DNA from: Octopus vulgaris
Lineage: Eukaryota
Direction: 5' to 3'
DNA: 64,000 nucleotides
Assembly (NCBI GenBank): GCA_951406725.2
Contig: OX597834.1
Coordinates: 11,222,001 to 11,286,000 of the forward strand
Part shown: in pieces, positions 12,973 through 26,242 of the stretch
Position numbering within the stretch: the stretch's first letter is position 1
Layout of the letters: the number at the start of each line of letters is the position of its first letter
Program-made: the position numbers and the translations under genes
The notes under the pieces: model-generated
What the model was told of the DNA's origin: nothing
The model's database searches: none
Seen by the model: the letters and a program-made list of their open reading frames with translations, nothing else

Positions 12973-13065
12973 AAGAAGAAAAATATATTAGTACCGGTGG
13001 TAATAGTACTAAAATAAGAAGAAAAGGAAAAAAATAAAAATTGAGGAAAAAACAAACGAAAAAAA
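12715..13065. repeat. Purine-rich low-complexity (TAG)n/(GAA)n/(GAG)n tract
   Basis: Directly visible. Confidence 0.9.
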
Positions 13066-13259
13066 AGGTTGTGTGGTTTGAGTGCAAAATTTAAAGGTAA
13101 AATGTAAATTGTTTAAAAGCTAACTTAACCAAATTTCTGTAAAATCAGTGAAACAAATTAAAGAAGACAAAATCGAAATTTTGTACCTTATCTCATGTTT
13201 CGATTAAGCCAGGAATATCGAAATATAATCCAAAAGGCCAGCTGTTCTTCCTTTCTGCA

Positions 13260-13268
13260 TTCTCCATA

Positions 13269-13311
<43 letters not shown>

Positions 13312-13417
13312 TTTTCTGTCTGTCTATCTATCTATCTATCATCTTTGTATCTATGCTTCTGTCTGCCTATATATGCATACATGCATTTGTATATAAGTAT
13401 ATATATATATCTTTATG

Positions 13418-13454
<37 letters not shown>

Positions 13455-14072
13455 TTATGTATATATATATATACACACAAACACAAATACACACACAAAA
13501 ATACACATGCTCGCACGCACATATGCACACACACACAAATATGTTCAAAAAGGTTGATTACATCTGAAGGAGATGTTTCTTCTTCATTCACCTTAGCTTT
13601 CAGAACGATGAATTGTGTTTGAAACATTGTTGCATGCTTCTGCCTTGATGTGCAATACCATAATACCTTCCTATCGGCGGGTTCACAGCAGCTGCCAAAT
13701 CACAGCGTTCAAAATCTTCCTGACTTCCAGCTTATCTCTTGCTTTTCGTTCCATGCGATCTTTCTACAGCCTCTGACATCCCATCCTGCGCACAATCCTC
13801 TCTCTCTCTCTCTCTCCCTCTGGCTGTCTCTTTGTATAGATATATGTATACTTACACACACAAACACATATATATGTATAAAGAAAGACAGAGAGTTATA
13901 TATAAATATGTATATACACACATGTATATATATGTACATATATATATGCACATATATATATATATACACATATATATATACACATATATATACACATATA
14001 TATATATACACATATATATATACACATATATATATATATGCACACACATATATATATATATATACACACACT

Positions 14073-14105
<33 letters not shown>

Positions 14106-14113
14106 GCACACAC

Positions 14114-14200
<87 letters not shown>

Positions 14201-14206
14201 CACACT

Positions 14207-14241
<35 letters not shown>

Positions 14242-14364
14242 GTGTGTGTATATATAATTCTGTCTTTCTTTTTCCGCTATTTCTGGGGAACAAACATTGT
14301 GTAGGAGTATGTATGTGTGCGTGTATTTGTAAGTGTGTGTATGTGTGAGTATGTATGACTCTCT

Positions 14365-14399
<35 letters not shown>

Positions 14400-14400
14400 T
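13260..14400. repeat. Microsatellite cluster (TATC)n/(TA)n/(CA)n/(TG)n
   Basis: Directly visible. Confidence 0.9.
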
Positions 14401-14929
14401 CCGTCAAACGACCAGCATATATTTAGGTGTATCTATGCTTGCGCTCTTGCAATGAATGCGCATGCCCATTTAGGACAGTTTCACGTGACTTTAATTAATC
14501 CGCATGCATTTGCTTGTGTACTACATTCACATGAGATTGTCTGTAATTCTGAAAGCTTTCGAATGCTTTAAGAATATTCAATATTTTACGAACATTTAAT
14601 TCCACTAATCGAACGGACTACGACAATGCATGTCAGTTTGCCAATTCTCTTGGATAAATACAGAATTCGGAGACTTTTATGTAAATCGGATCTTTCATTC
14701 TACAGTGCATGTCCGATAATAGGTGCAAATACAAACTTGTAGCAATAGTACGAGATTTGAATATTCATATTGAGTACAAGTGAGGTTTTTCTTTACCAAG
14801 ACTTTTGGACAAAAAATGCTCATTCTCTTCGCAGCTGTCCTATATTACACAGCATGTACGAATGTATAGATGCACGGCTGTGTATTTATTGGGTTTGTGT
14901 AGATATGCCTCCATATGTCTCTGTGTGTG

Positions 14930-15158
14930 TAGGCGCATGGCCTAGTGGTTAGAGCAACGGACTCGCGTGCGAGGGATCGCGGCTTCGAATCTCAGAGCAG
15001 TCGATGTTTGTGTGTTTATGAGCGAAACACTTATGCTCCATGCGGCTCCGGCAGAAGGTAATGGCGAACATCTGCTGACTCTTTTGCCACAACTTTCTCT
15101 CGATCTTTTCCTGCTGCATCTTGCGACGGACCGGCGTCCCGTCCAGGTGGGGAACCTA
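14930..15158 (+). mobile_element. SINE family C (tail type iii), 3'-incomplete
   Basis: AGGCGCATGGCCTAGTGGTTAGAGC head; CGTCCCGTCCAGGTGGGGAACCTATA shared with the copies at 28930 and 57719. Confidence 0.85.
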
Positions 15159-15159
15159 T

Positions 15160-15191
<32 letters not shown>

Positions 15192-15826
15192 AGACAGAAA
15201 GGACGCAAGCGATAAAAATTATCATAATTCTATGCATTCATGTTTAGTTAGTATAAACTGATGATTTTGTTTTTATTATACATTGATAATTATTTTTGAA
15301 TATTCAAAATAATATGAAGAGTCAGAATCTAAACTTTGAAACGCAGAATACGAAATTCACTGACATCTTTTTCAAGTAGATTTCATTTAACACATACATA
15401 TCTATCTATGTATCTATATATATGTGTGTATATATGCATATACTTACATATATATTTATATATATATATATATAATATATATAATATACACATATATATA
15501 TACACGACTAGGTGCGTATGTCTGTATGTCTACATGTGTGTATATGCATCTGTATATATGCGTGTGCGTGTGTCGCTGTGTGTATATGTGTACGTATGTA
15601 CGTTTGTATATATATATACATATATCAATATAATTTTACTTGACGTTTTAATGTTTTACAAACCTTAGTTACGTTACCATTAACCTAACAATAATATTAT
15701 GCGGATGCTTCCCGTAAATTGTTTAATCTCAGAAGATTTCTAAATATACAATTTCGTAGAGTTATTGGCGTCACAAAAATAGAAAACTTCCGAGATCTCT
15801 GGCTACATATACGCAAATTCCAATCA

Positions 15827-16333
15827 ATGAAATGTAACAAACACTGAAGAAAATTTAGTAGTTGCTGAACACATCTATGTACTCACGCACATATACACAC
15901 TTCATAAGTGTCAACTATCGAAAGCAAAGTGATACGTATGGAAAAAGTATTAAGAAATAATGTTTAAGAACATGTTTTTTTATATAAAAATAATTCATTA
16001 TTTTATTAAATTTCACCGCTGAACAGAAAGGAATTTACGCTTTTTCCAATTTCGCTCTTCTTTCTTATTTATCTATTATATAAAATCCGTTCTGTCCGTC
16101 TGTGTGTCTGTCTTCTAGGATCTCGGGCATCCTCCATCCGATTGCGCTCAAATTTGATATGAAATGTAACAAACACTGAAGAAAATTTAGTAGTTGCTGA
16201 ACACATCTATGTACTCACGCACATATACACACTTCATAAGTGTCAACTATCGAAAGCAAAGTGATACGTATGGAAAAAGTATTAAGAAATAATGTTTAAG
16301 AAAATGTTTTTTTATATAAAAATAATTCATTAT
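15827..16333 (+). repeat. 175-bp direct duplication (15827-16001 / 16159-16333) around a Helitron-like 5' end
   Basis: Copies differ at one position seen by eye. The spacer ends in A|TCTATTATATAAAATCCGTTCTGTCCGTCTGTGTGTCTGTC (Helitron 5' signature, from 16072). Confidence 0.9.
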
Positions 16334-16866
16334 CTACATATATATAAATCTTGAAAAAAATTACAAAATTCGCGGATTCTCTTTTATTTAGTTAAGTCTT
16401 TTAACGGCGGCCATTCTGGAGCATTTCATTGAAGGATTTATTCGAACAAATCGGTCCCATTATGCTTTTGGTTTTTGTTTTTCATCTAGAACATTTGAAC
16501 GGTATCTGCTGCCTTACGGGTACGTAAACAGACTAACACTGCTGTTCGAGTGGTCCCGTACAAGCACACACACACACACAAATACTCTTTATCTTTTTCT
16601 CTCTCTCTCTCTCCCCTCTTTCTCTCACACACACATGCAAACACACACTGAGACATAGACATACACACAGACACACCGACACATAATGTCAAATTCATAT
16701 ATGAGAGGCTTTCACACAGTTTCCCTAAAAAATTCATTACAAAGAAATAGTCGGTCCGAGGCTGTAGCAGGAGTCACTCGGCTAAGTCCGTGCAGTGATT
16801 TAGGCGCCAACTCAGTGGAACTTCGGGGAAACGAAGAATCTCAAAGTTACACGCTGAAAATAATAA

Positions 16867-17249
16867 CTAGCAGTATTGCCCAGCGTTGCTCGGGTTTGTT
16901 TCGACCCCTTAGAATTGGAATTTTTGAAAACGAAAAATTTTGCATTATGTAGCTTCTTATTCTCTTATAGTGAACATATTTTTGGTTAAAATACACCGAA
17001 AAATGACGACACAGCAGTCAGAAAATCGTAAAAAATAAGGATTTTCATATAAAAAAAGCACATTTTTGATGTAAATAAATTTTGGTGTTAACATGGTCCG
17101 ATTTGAATTATTTCTTCTACGGAAGGAAGAGCAAGCCTTCTATCATACTCTCAATTTTGGTCAACTTGCGCTGCAGGGTCTCGGAGGAGATAGTGTTAGT
17201 TGAAGGCTACCAAACCTGCCATACACAAACAACTTTATATAGAGAGAGA
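16867..17249 (-). mobile_element. Non-autonomous Helitron (second subfamily)
   Basis: A|TC...CCCGAGCAACGCTGGGCAATACTGCTAG|T. 3' end shared with the 8862 and 25731 copies, interior different. Confidence 0.85.
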
Positions 17250-18126
17250 TTAGCAATACATTCCTCAGTAACATAGTTTTTAATTCTAGTCCTAAAGATA
17301 TAAAAATCTGTTCGTTTGACTGTGTCTGTGTTCAGAAGATCTCATTATTGCGATTCCTGATGTTGTTGTGGCTATCGTCGTTGTTCTCCTTATTGCTTTT
17401 TAGCCACAACTTAAAAATCCAAAATCCATTCGAGCAAAATTTTGATGGAAGTCACTGATGCCGTGAAAATTATCTCTCTTTTAGACATATTATAAAACCA
17501 CTTCAATAATATGCATTCTCCTTATCTCCAGGCGTTAGCTGTGATAGAAGAGAGATTTGGCTGCTATTTCTAGCATCTCTCAGGTTACGTGAATGCTCTC
17601 TAATTGCTTCATAAGCAAATACGATTTCTTCCTTGGCATTGCAGTCGTCTTCCAGTTTCCTACTGATTTCTTATCTGTTCTATTGCAGCAGAACGATAGC
17701 ATTTGCTTCTATAATAGTATTTCCATTACGATGCAGTTTTTGTTATTTCTTTACTTTTTATCTTATATAGACAATATTGGCCAAGTTTAATATATAACTC
17801 TAAGCTCTATTAATGGATTATAGCTACACAAATCTCTGAGGGCCTAGCTCAATCTCAGAACTATGTCCACTCCTGTATTACACCAGTTTAAAACTACGTC
17901 ATCAATAATATTTAAAGGAAAATGGAAAGATGTGTGCGCTCGCATTCACACACAGGTATGTACACATACACACATCCACGAACACACGCACATTTAAATT
18001 TCACACACACTCACATACATACAAGACATTCATTTTAGCTTTGACTACATGCGTATTGCATACACAGACATACATACCAGCATATATATATATATGTATA
18101 TATATATGTGTGTGTGTGTGTGTATG

Positions 18127-18168
<42 letters not shown>

Positions 18169-18460
18169 AAAACACATTGTACATGTATTATGCATATATA
18201 TTATATATATGTGTATGCATATATATATATATAATATATATGTGTGTGTATATTATATATGTATGCATAATAAAAGACGATGTGGATGGACAATAGCGGT
18301 GGTTCAATACGTACATACATACATGCGTATATACATATTTCTATAGTCACATGTATTCAGACATACACATATACACACGTACACATATATATGCATACAT
18401 GCCTACTTACATACATGCATGTGCCCCCGTCTAATTGTACATGTATCCGTAAGCATATAC

Positions 18461-18507
<47 letters not shown>

Positions 18508-19144
18508 AGCTCTTTTCAATCAAAATATAAAATAACTATATGTCCCACGGCCTCAACACCAACCACTTACCAGCCATTACCAACGATAACAGCAAAAACA
18601 ACAGCAACACCAGTTGCCACTTATTTGCCGCAAATCAACGATATATCATCTCCAAGTTGATTACATGCCAAAACCCCATTTCGATTTGAGCCTGGTCGAT
18701 GATCACTTAAAGTTCATAGGTTCTACAATACAACTTTCTCACTTATATATTGGAATAATGCCAACGTTTATTATTTGAGTTTAGTTCGCTGATGATGTAA
18801 AGCCGTAAAAGACGAATGTTTCACGGAGACGATTTTGACGAAACCAAACAGCGAATTGTAAATAAAGTTTAAGACGGATATCTACGGTATTCTTTATTTC
18901 AATCCAATTTTAAAATGTGTTTGTAGTTTTTATAGATTCGGAAAAGAACGTAAAAGAGAAAGTGAAAGTAAAGCGAAGTCGTACATTTCCCCGATATTTT
19001 CTGAAATAAAACTAAGACAGACATTGTTTATCTTAATTCTTCGTCTCACACGGTGATTTAATAAAAATATAATATTTGTTATAACAATAACAATTGTCAG
19101 AACATCATCAGACACAACAACAACAACAACAACCATAATAATGG

Positions 19145-19358
19145 TTTCAAATTTTGGCACAGGGCCAGAAATATTTGAGGAATGGAGTAAGCCGAACACA
19201 TAGACCCCAGTGTTCAATAGGTACTCATTTTATCGACCCCGAAAGGATGAAAACCAAAGTTCATTTTCGGTGGCATTTGAACTCCGATCATAAATACGGA
19301 CTAAATGCCGTTAAGCATTTTGTTCGGTGTGCTAACAATACCACCATCTGGCTACCTT
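19145..19358 (-). mobile_element. SINE family B, diverged
   Basis: GGTACTCATTTTATCGACCCCGAAAGGATGAAA central domain plus B-box. Confidence 0.75.
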
Positions 19359-19452
19359 GATAATAACTAGTAGTAATAATAATGATGATGATAATGATAA
19401 TAATAATAATAGTAATTGTTATTATTATTATTATTATTATTATAATTATTAT

Positions 19453-19897
19453 AGCACTCAGAGAGCGCAAACCTCCGCCAATAATAGTTCTACTCAGGAA
19501 TTTTTAATGAATAGCATGAGAACATTCGGTTTTCTCGCCTCTTAAATTCAGGCCTTCCATTAGTTTTCCTGTTGTTTTAGATCGATATATAGAATTATGT
19601 ATACATGTAAATATACTGTAAAGTGTTAATATGTACGTATAATATATAACATAAGGGACATAATCAGAGAATCACTTGAAAGACTTCCTCTAAAGTAAAG
19701 TATATATAACGAATAATCCAGAATCCTCGTCTGGTAACTGATCGATCCCTAAACCTAATCAGTTCCGTCCAGTCACAAGGCCAAACGTCCTTGAAAGTTT
19801 CATTCGAATTCATCCTGCGGTTCTTGAGATATCTTGTCCACGGTCAAACAAACACGACTGAAAACAATACCTCTGCCTTCGCTAAGGCGGAGGTCAT
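19453..19897 (+). mobile_element. Helentron-associated non-autonomous element (DINE-1/HINE-like)
   Basis: 5' AGCACTCAGAGAGCGCAAACCTCCGCCAA; 3' hairpin ACCTCTGCCTT-CGCT-AAGGCGGAGGT whose 3' arm is complementary to the 5' ACCTCCGCC (sub-terminal inverted repeat); CAAA repeats before the hairpin. Confidence 0.7.
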
Positions 19898-19904
19898 AAT
19901 AAAA

Positions 19905-20066
19905 ATAATTTCAAATTTTATCTCAAGGGCAACTGCTTTGGGGCAGTGGATTGGTTGATTACATCGACCCAAGTGTTCAACTGGTTCTTATTTTATCGAC
20001 CCCGAAAGGATGAAAGGCAAAGTCGACCTCGGAAGAATTTGAACTCTGAACGAAGCGACGGACGAA
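19905..20066 (-). mobile_element. SINE family B, partial
   Basis: TATCGACCCCGAAAGGATGAAAGGCAAAGTCGACCTCGG...TTTGAACTC. Confidence 0.8.
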
Positions 20067-20225
20067 AAAGGCAGCCACGGAACAGGAAATGGAGTTGAAA
20101 CCGGTTGACGGTGTAAGCTTTTCAACACGCCTATTCGAAATTTTCGTTCATTTAATTTGTCTAACACGATTTTCTCTATCCCGGATTACAATAGTAGTTA
20201 ACTGCATAATATGCTATAATCAAAT

Positions 20226-20610
20226 GTGGAAGCACTCCGTCGGTTACGACGATGAGGGTTCCGGTTGATCCGAATCAACGGAACAGCCTGCGCATGAAAT
20301 TAACGTGTAAGTGGCTGAGCACTCCACAGACACGCGTACCCTTAACGTAGTTCTCGGGGATATTCGGCGTGACACAGAGAGTGACAAGGCCGGCCCTTTG
20401 AAATACAGGTACAACAGAAACAGGAAGTAAGAGTGAGAGAAAGTTGTGTTGAAAGAGTACAGCAGGGATCCCCACCATCCCCTACCAGAGCCTCGTGGAG
20501 CTTTAGGTGTTTTCGCTCAATAAACACTCACAACGCCCGGTCTGGGAATCGAAACCGCGATCTTATGACCGCGAGTCCGCTGCCCTAACCACTGGGCCAT
20601 TGCGCCTCCA
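20226..20610 (-). mobile_element. SINE family C (tail type ii), full length
   Basis: tRNA head; TSD CTATAATCAAAT (20214-20225 / 20611-20622). Near-identical to 55521-55908. Confidence 0.92.
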
Positions 20611-22116
20611 CTATAATCAAATAATTCGCAAGTAACTCTTAAATACTTACATTTTGCCAGCAATCATAACTGGATTCAACTGTATAGATAATAGTTTATG
20701 TCCTATAAACTCATGTGACATAAAGACGGTGCCTCAGCCTCAAGGCGGTATCCCAGGATGGCTGCAGTCCAATGACTGGAACAAATAAAAGATAAAATTT
20801 GAAAGAGGAAATATGAAGTGTCTATCCATTTGAGGATAACCTAATATTTCATATTAGAAGTTTGAGTGTTACCCTTAGATCGAGAGATTGTGGTTTCAAT
20901 TCCTCGATCGGGTGGTGTTCTTCAGCAAAACATTTCATTCTACGTTCCTCTGTGACCATTTCAACTCCTGGCGTGTGGTACACACTGATCCTTTTCAGGC
21001 AATGTCGATTTGCTGTAGGGAGTTACATAATGTACCCCACATGCATTTAATCATTATAAAGATATCGTTTGTGCGTTTTGTTCAGCAAGAGATTGAAGAA
21101 CCGTTTTTCTCGGACAACGAGAGACAACCTAACATCATCAATATTTAATGTAACTAGCTTCAAGAAATTGTCTTAATAAGTCAACCCTAGCAATTACTTT
21201 ACATTGCTGACGTCATATTATACTGTATAATAGTTCAAGTACGACGGACAGAAACTGTTTAACAATTTGTAAACATTTTGGGTGATATGTATATAGATTT
21301 AGGCATTCGGTAATGCATCAGAGTCTCAATCGAATGCCATTAAGGGCAATAATTGCTGTTTTATAAATGAACCAGTAATTAAATTAGGGAACCTTTATTT
21401 TATCACAGACTCACTAGAGCTAGAAACAACAGTTTAATCTCACTCAAATCATACCCTAGTGCATTAAAAATACAAAGTACACTTTGGGTAAAGTAATAAT
21501 TGAAACATTGGCTGGCATCAGCTGTAATGCCTGTAATGTGGGCCTATACAATCCAAATTCTGCAGAGTCTGAGGAGATAATATTTACTGTCATAAAATAA
21601 TTTAAAAACTGTATTAATTATGAGGAGATCGATATAAGTGATCAAATATGATATTCTAATATTAAATACTTAGTTGAAAATAAACTCACCCGACTGTCTG
21701 GATCCTAAAAATAAACCATAATTCAAAATATATCATAGGACTATTAACTTCTGGAACAGTCCCAAGAGTAACCTAAACCTTCATGTTATGCAAGAGTTAA
21801 AAAGAAAACAATTACAAAAAAAGCACTAAAAATACAAGATACCAATACCATCCAAAGCAGACTTTCCAAAAGCTAACATACATTGCATTTATATTACTAC
21901 AGGGGATAAATTAAGGGACAGGGTTCAAGCAGAAGTAATTTTTTGAAACTGATAAGAATTGCTTTAACAGGTTTTGTGAAGCATAACGAAATTGAATCGT
22001 TGAATTTAATAACCTCTAAATGCAGGGGGGGTATTTAGCAGCAGTAATTGTTATAAGATAGTGTAGTCAAACGACAACCGTTTTCTTTGACGTCGCGAGA
22101 CCTATCTAACCTTTGA

Positions 22117-22400
22117 AGGCGCGTGACTTAAACGGTTAGTATATTTGGCTCACGATTGCAAGATCCTGAGTTCGATTCCCGGCGGTGTGTTTTGTCCTTC
22201 AGCATGACACTTTATTTCACGTTGCTCCAGTCCACACAGCTGGCAATAGTGAGTAGGACCAGTAATTTCAGTGAGCCAGCTTTGTCACATTTTGTGTCAC
22301 CCTTATGCACGTCGATGGAGGATTCGGTCACTTAGACTTTAATTTCACGAGCATGCTGTTCAACTGGAATCCTCGTCATTGTAACCGACGAAATTCCAGG
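22117..22400 (+). mobile_element. tRNA-head SINE with CORE-like central domain and tail type ii
   Basis: GGCGCGTGACTTAAACGG...GAGTTCGATTCC, then GTCCTTCAGCATGACACTTTATTTCACGTTGCTCCAGT; tail CCTCGTCATTGTAACCGACG. Related to 47409-47717. Confidence 0.7.
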
Positions 22401-22543
22401 CTATTGTTTTATTTTTTGATCAACTTCCATTTTATTTATTCTTATACACACGAACGTATTGAAAAACGTTTTTAGTAGGGAACCAGCTAATAAAACAGGC
22501 ACATGGGTAATTATTACACCTACCACCGAGGATCTGCTAGCTA

Positions 22544-22615
<72 letters not shown>

Positions 22616-22705
22616 AAGTGAATGGACAAACGAAAGGAAAGGGCACTCAACACATTTAGTAGCAGTCAGAGGAATTAACTTAAAATAAAACAATTTAATT
22701 CGGGT

Positions 22706-22757
22706 CCCTTCGACTTAAAGTTTCGCTGGCCTCTAACAGAAGCTCGTCTCGAACAGG
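22706..22757 (-). ncRNA. Degenerate type-I hammerhead-like motif
   Basis: ttc-GAGACGA-gct...agc-GAAA-C-TTTAA-G-TC-gaa. All three stems can form but the core has C3G and U4A. Confidence 0.45.
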
Positions 22758-22899
22758 CTTTAGATTGCCGAATATACATATGTGTGTGTGTTTATGTATG
22801 TATATACATATACATGAGAGAGAGAGATGCATATATATATATATATATATATATGCATATATATATACATATACATAAATATATATATGTATATGTTTG

Positions 22900-22933
<34 letters not shown>

Positions 22934-23009
22934 TCGATTGATAAAGAGAGAGATACATATATATATACATACATATACAAATATATACATATATATATTT
23001 GTGTGTATG

Positions 23010-23047
<38 letters not shown>

Positions 23048-23089
23048 TCTCTCTCTCTCTGTCAATCAATCAATCAATCAATCTATCTA

Positions 23090-23126
<37 letters not shown>

Positions 23127-23128
<2 letters not shown>

Positions 23129-23313
23129 ACCGCTTGTGTACCGTTGGCGATTTTTCCTTATTTGGATCTTTCCTTTTCCTATGTTTCTGACGAAGAGCTC
23201 CTCCGCTCGAAACGTTAAACCCTCCTTCTTTCCTGAGCGTCCAATAATACTATATTTGTTCCACGTCCTCGCGTTGTTGTGTTTTCTCTTTGTGTATTCA
23301 TGTTTGGATTAAC
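23127..23313 (+). mobile_element. Penelope-like terminal-repeat fragment embedded in (TA)n
   Basis: Carries the hammerhead. A second copy at 56650-56821 also ends TTTGGATTAAC(TA)n. Confidence 0.7.
23183..23220 (+). ncRNA. Type-I minimal hammerhead ribozyme (Penelope-like pLTR type), intact core
   Basis: gttt-CTGACGA-A-GAGC-tcctcc-GCTC-GAAA-CG-TT-aaac. Stem I gttt/aaac, stem II GAGC/GCTC, palindromic ACGT stem III, GUU site. Confidence 0.8.
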
Positions 23314-24088
23314 TATATATATATATTCGTATCTAGAAATGACGAAATACCGATGAAAATTCTGCTGATATTTCTAGCAAGAATCTCATTTGACCGTAGT
23401 AATGTTTTCCTCGATAACGAAAGTATCAAAGAGCTTGTGGTTCTCTTACTGTCCTTACTTCGTCTTTATGTCATCTCTTAAAACTTGATGATTCTTTTAG
23501 CAACAATTATGTCTAATTGTTATGTTTAATTACTTCGTCAGTTCCCCCACGAAATGAGCGCATGTATCTTTTTCCTACGTAACTATGTACAGTAAGTGTC
23601 TTTCCTTGCTCGGAAGTATTGACTGTTTATTGACCATTATGTATATTTACAATCTTCCACTAGTAAACTAAATTCCATTGAATTATTCGCGGAGCCATTT
23701 TACTTTGCCAAAATGAACTGTTAAATTGTTGGAAAACTCATTTTAAATCATTACACCTCATAAGTATTGTTTAATACATCTTGTATAACATACGTAGTGG
23801 TGTCTGGCTAAGTATGATGATGTTTAAGATGTATTCCCTCGTGACCGCCAACGACGAATTTCTTCCCGATTGATCACCAGACTTCTCTTCTAACTTCTGT
23901 TTGTTTCTTAATTTATTATCACTGAGTTAGACATTGTACACTAGCTTAAAGTACTTACGCAATTTAAAATATAATTTATTTTTTCTGGCAGTTACTTAAG
24001 CAACAATACTAATATGTCAATTTTAATACGCATTCTTACAAAAGACACTATTATATTGTAACATAATTACAGTTCAGAAATGACAATT

Positions 24089-24506
24089 TACTCTTTTTAC
24101 TCTTTTACTGTTTTACTTGTTTCAGTCATCTTACTGCGGCCATGCTGGAGAACCGCCTTTAATCGAGCAACTCGACACCAGAACTTATTCTTTTGTAATA
24201 ACACTAGAACTTATTCTATCGGTGTCTCTTGACGAACCGCTAAGTAACGGAGACATAAACACACCAGCATCGGTTGTCAAGCAATGCTGGGGGACAAACA
24301 CAGATACACAAATACACACGCGCATATATATATATATATACATATATACGACGGGCTTCTTTCAGTTTCCGTCTACCAAATCCACTCACAAGGTTTTGGT
24401 CGTCCCGAGGCTATAGTAGAAGACACCTGCCCAAGGTGCCACGCAGTGGAAGTGAACCCGGAACCATGTGGTTGGTAAACAAGCTACTTACCACACAGCC
24501 ACTCCT
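24089..24506 (-). mobile_element. SINE family A, full length
   Basis: Head through tail, collinear with other family A copies. Confidence 0.92.
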
Positions 24507-24990
24507 GCGCTTATATTAATAAAATCATATTAATAAAATTATATTAATAAAATTGTAAAAATACAATTATACTACAGAAAATTTATAACCACCCTCGGTC
24601 AAATGCCGTACAAAGTAGCTACATCTGTATCCGAGGCCCACATCTGTAAAGTAATTCATAAATCTTAGTGCCCTATACAGCATCATATGGTACAACTCTA
24701 CAAGAATTACGTACAGAGTCAAAAATGCTATGGGATCACTTGAAAGATATGGGTGTCTTCCATTTTATATGCACCGAAGCGAGCCTCTTCAGAAAGGAAT
24801 GTGGAATACTGTGAAGTTGATTCCTTGTAAACCAAATATATTTGTTCTTTGTATGGTTTACCCGGATGTAATGTCGCATAGAATTAAATCGTTTTCAACG
24901 GCACTTCAGCTGTGACAAAGATGTCATTTATTCTAAGATTGTACGTGGTGTTTCCAATGAAATTTGGATGCTATAGATAGCACGGCGTAC

Positions 24991-25513
24991 GGATCTTTTC
25001 GGTTTGACCGGCAGTTTTTTAAAATAATTTCCACGTAACTAAACACTTTTATAATTCGTATACTGGTAGAATGTGTCTATAAAACATCTTTTTCTCTTGG
25101 CTTTATTGAGAAGATTCTATGGTTTGTAAGATATTTGTTGTTCTTTTCTTCTTCAATTTCTGCAATTTCAACCAATCAATGACGTCTATTGAGGTGAAAA
25201 CATTCTGTGCCGTATGAATAAGTCAATCGTTTAAGAAACAGATTGGGTTCATTTACATTTGTGAAGAAAAAAAGATACCCTAACCCTAACTAACCCTGAC
25301 CCTAAAACAAATTGAAATGCAATAGATCAATACTAGGGTGATAATTATGGGTGACAATTTCATATGAAACCGCTCCCACCTCTAACCCTAAGTTTAACTA
25401 ACCCTGACCCTAAAACAGATTGAAATGCAATAGATCGATACTAGGGTGATAATTATGAGTGACAATTTCATATGACACCGCTAGAAAAACTGCCGTTCAA
25501 ACCGAAAAGATCC
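24991..25513. mobile_element. MITE with ~28-bp TIRs (GGATCTTTTCGGTTTGAACGGCAGTTTT) and internal CCCTAA repeats; internal ~100-bp duplication
   Basis: TIRs at both ends. Other copies at 34584-34999 and 46473-46885. No TSD seen for this copy. Confidence 0.9.
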
Positions 25514-25730
25514 CATTGATGGCAATTATTTGGCTATTCATAATTAAAAGAATAACACTTCTGACACGTTGAAAATCAAGTGTGAAATCATATAAGGGAC
25601 CGCATAGCGTAACAGTGCACTCTACACTCTGTGTCTGATTAAATAACTAAACAGTTTCTAAGAGAAGCAGTAATGTATAATTTTTAGTTTATAAATATTT
25701 AAATATTAGAAAGTAATTGCATTGTTAATA

Positions 25731-26242
25731 TCTATATATATAAAACTGTAGTTGTGTGAGTGTCTGTCTCCTACGATTTAGATTCCTAACTCCTCCCACA
25801 TTTTGCGGTGCAGTTTAACCAAATCCGGGTATCTTATAGTCGTGATTAATATCGAGCCCGTCTGACTATTAGCGCGCGTCTACGATGAGTCTAAGATTTT
25901 AAAAATAATTTAACATCATTTTTTATTCCATTTTAATGCATAATTTTTCGTGTGTCGATGGCGGCGGAGTTGGCGTCCACGCTCAAACACCTGCACCTGT
26001 TTGCTTCCCCTTCTTCCCTCCCTCGTGAAGCTGTGGGGAAGGGAGTGTAAGGAAATCAACGTCGTAAAGCGTTGTCAAGGAGACCAGCGTTCTTTTAGAA
26101 CAACGACTTCATGGCTTGAAGACACCAAAACAGAAATGGCTAAGAAAGCCCGAATTTGCATCTATAAAGGAAGTAACTCTCTAAAAATGCTTATATAGTT
26201 ATTTCCCTTACAAACCCGAGCAACGCCGGGCGATACTGCTAG
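25731..26242 (+). mobile_element. Non-autonomous Helitron with extra internal segment
   Basis: A|TC start; CCCGAGCAACGCCGGG hairpin; CTAG|T end. Confidence 0.9.

Noticed and set aside
20530-20610. tRNA gene-like sequences (also at other SINE heads)
   Set aside because: A/B boxes are present but there is no complete acceptor stem; each continues into a SINE body.
25277-25412. Telomere or chromosome-fusion remnant (CCCTAA repeats)
   Set aside because: Short, degenerate and internal to a MITE present in three copies.
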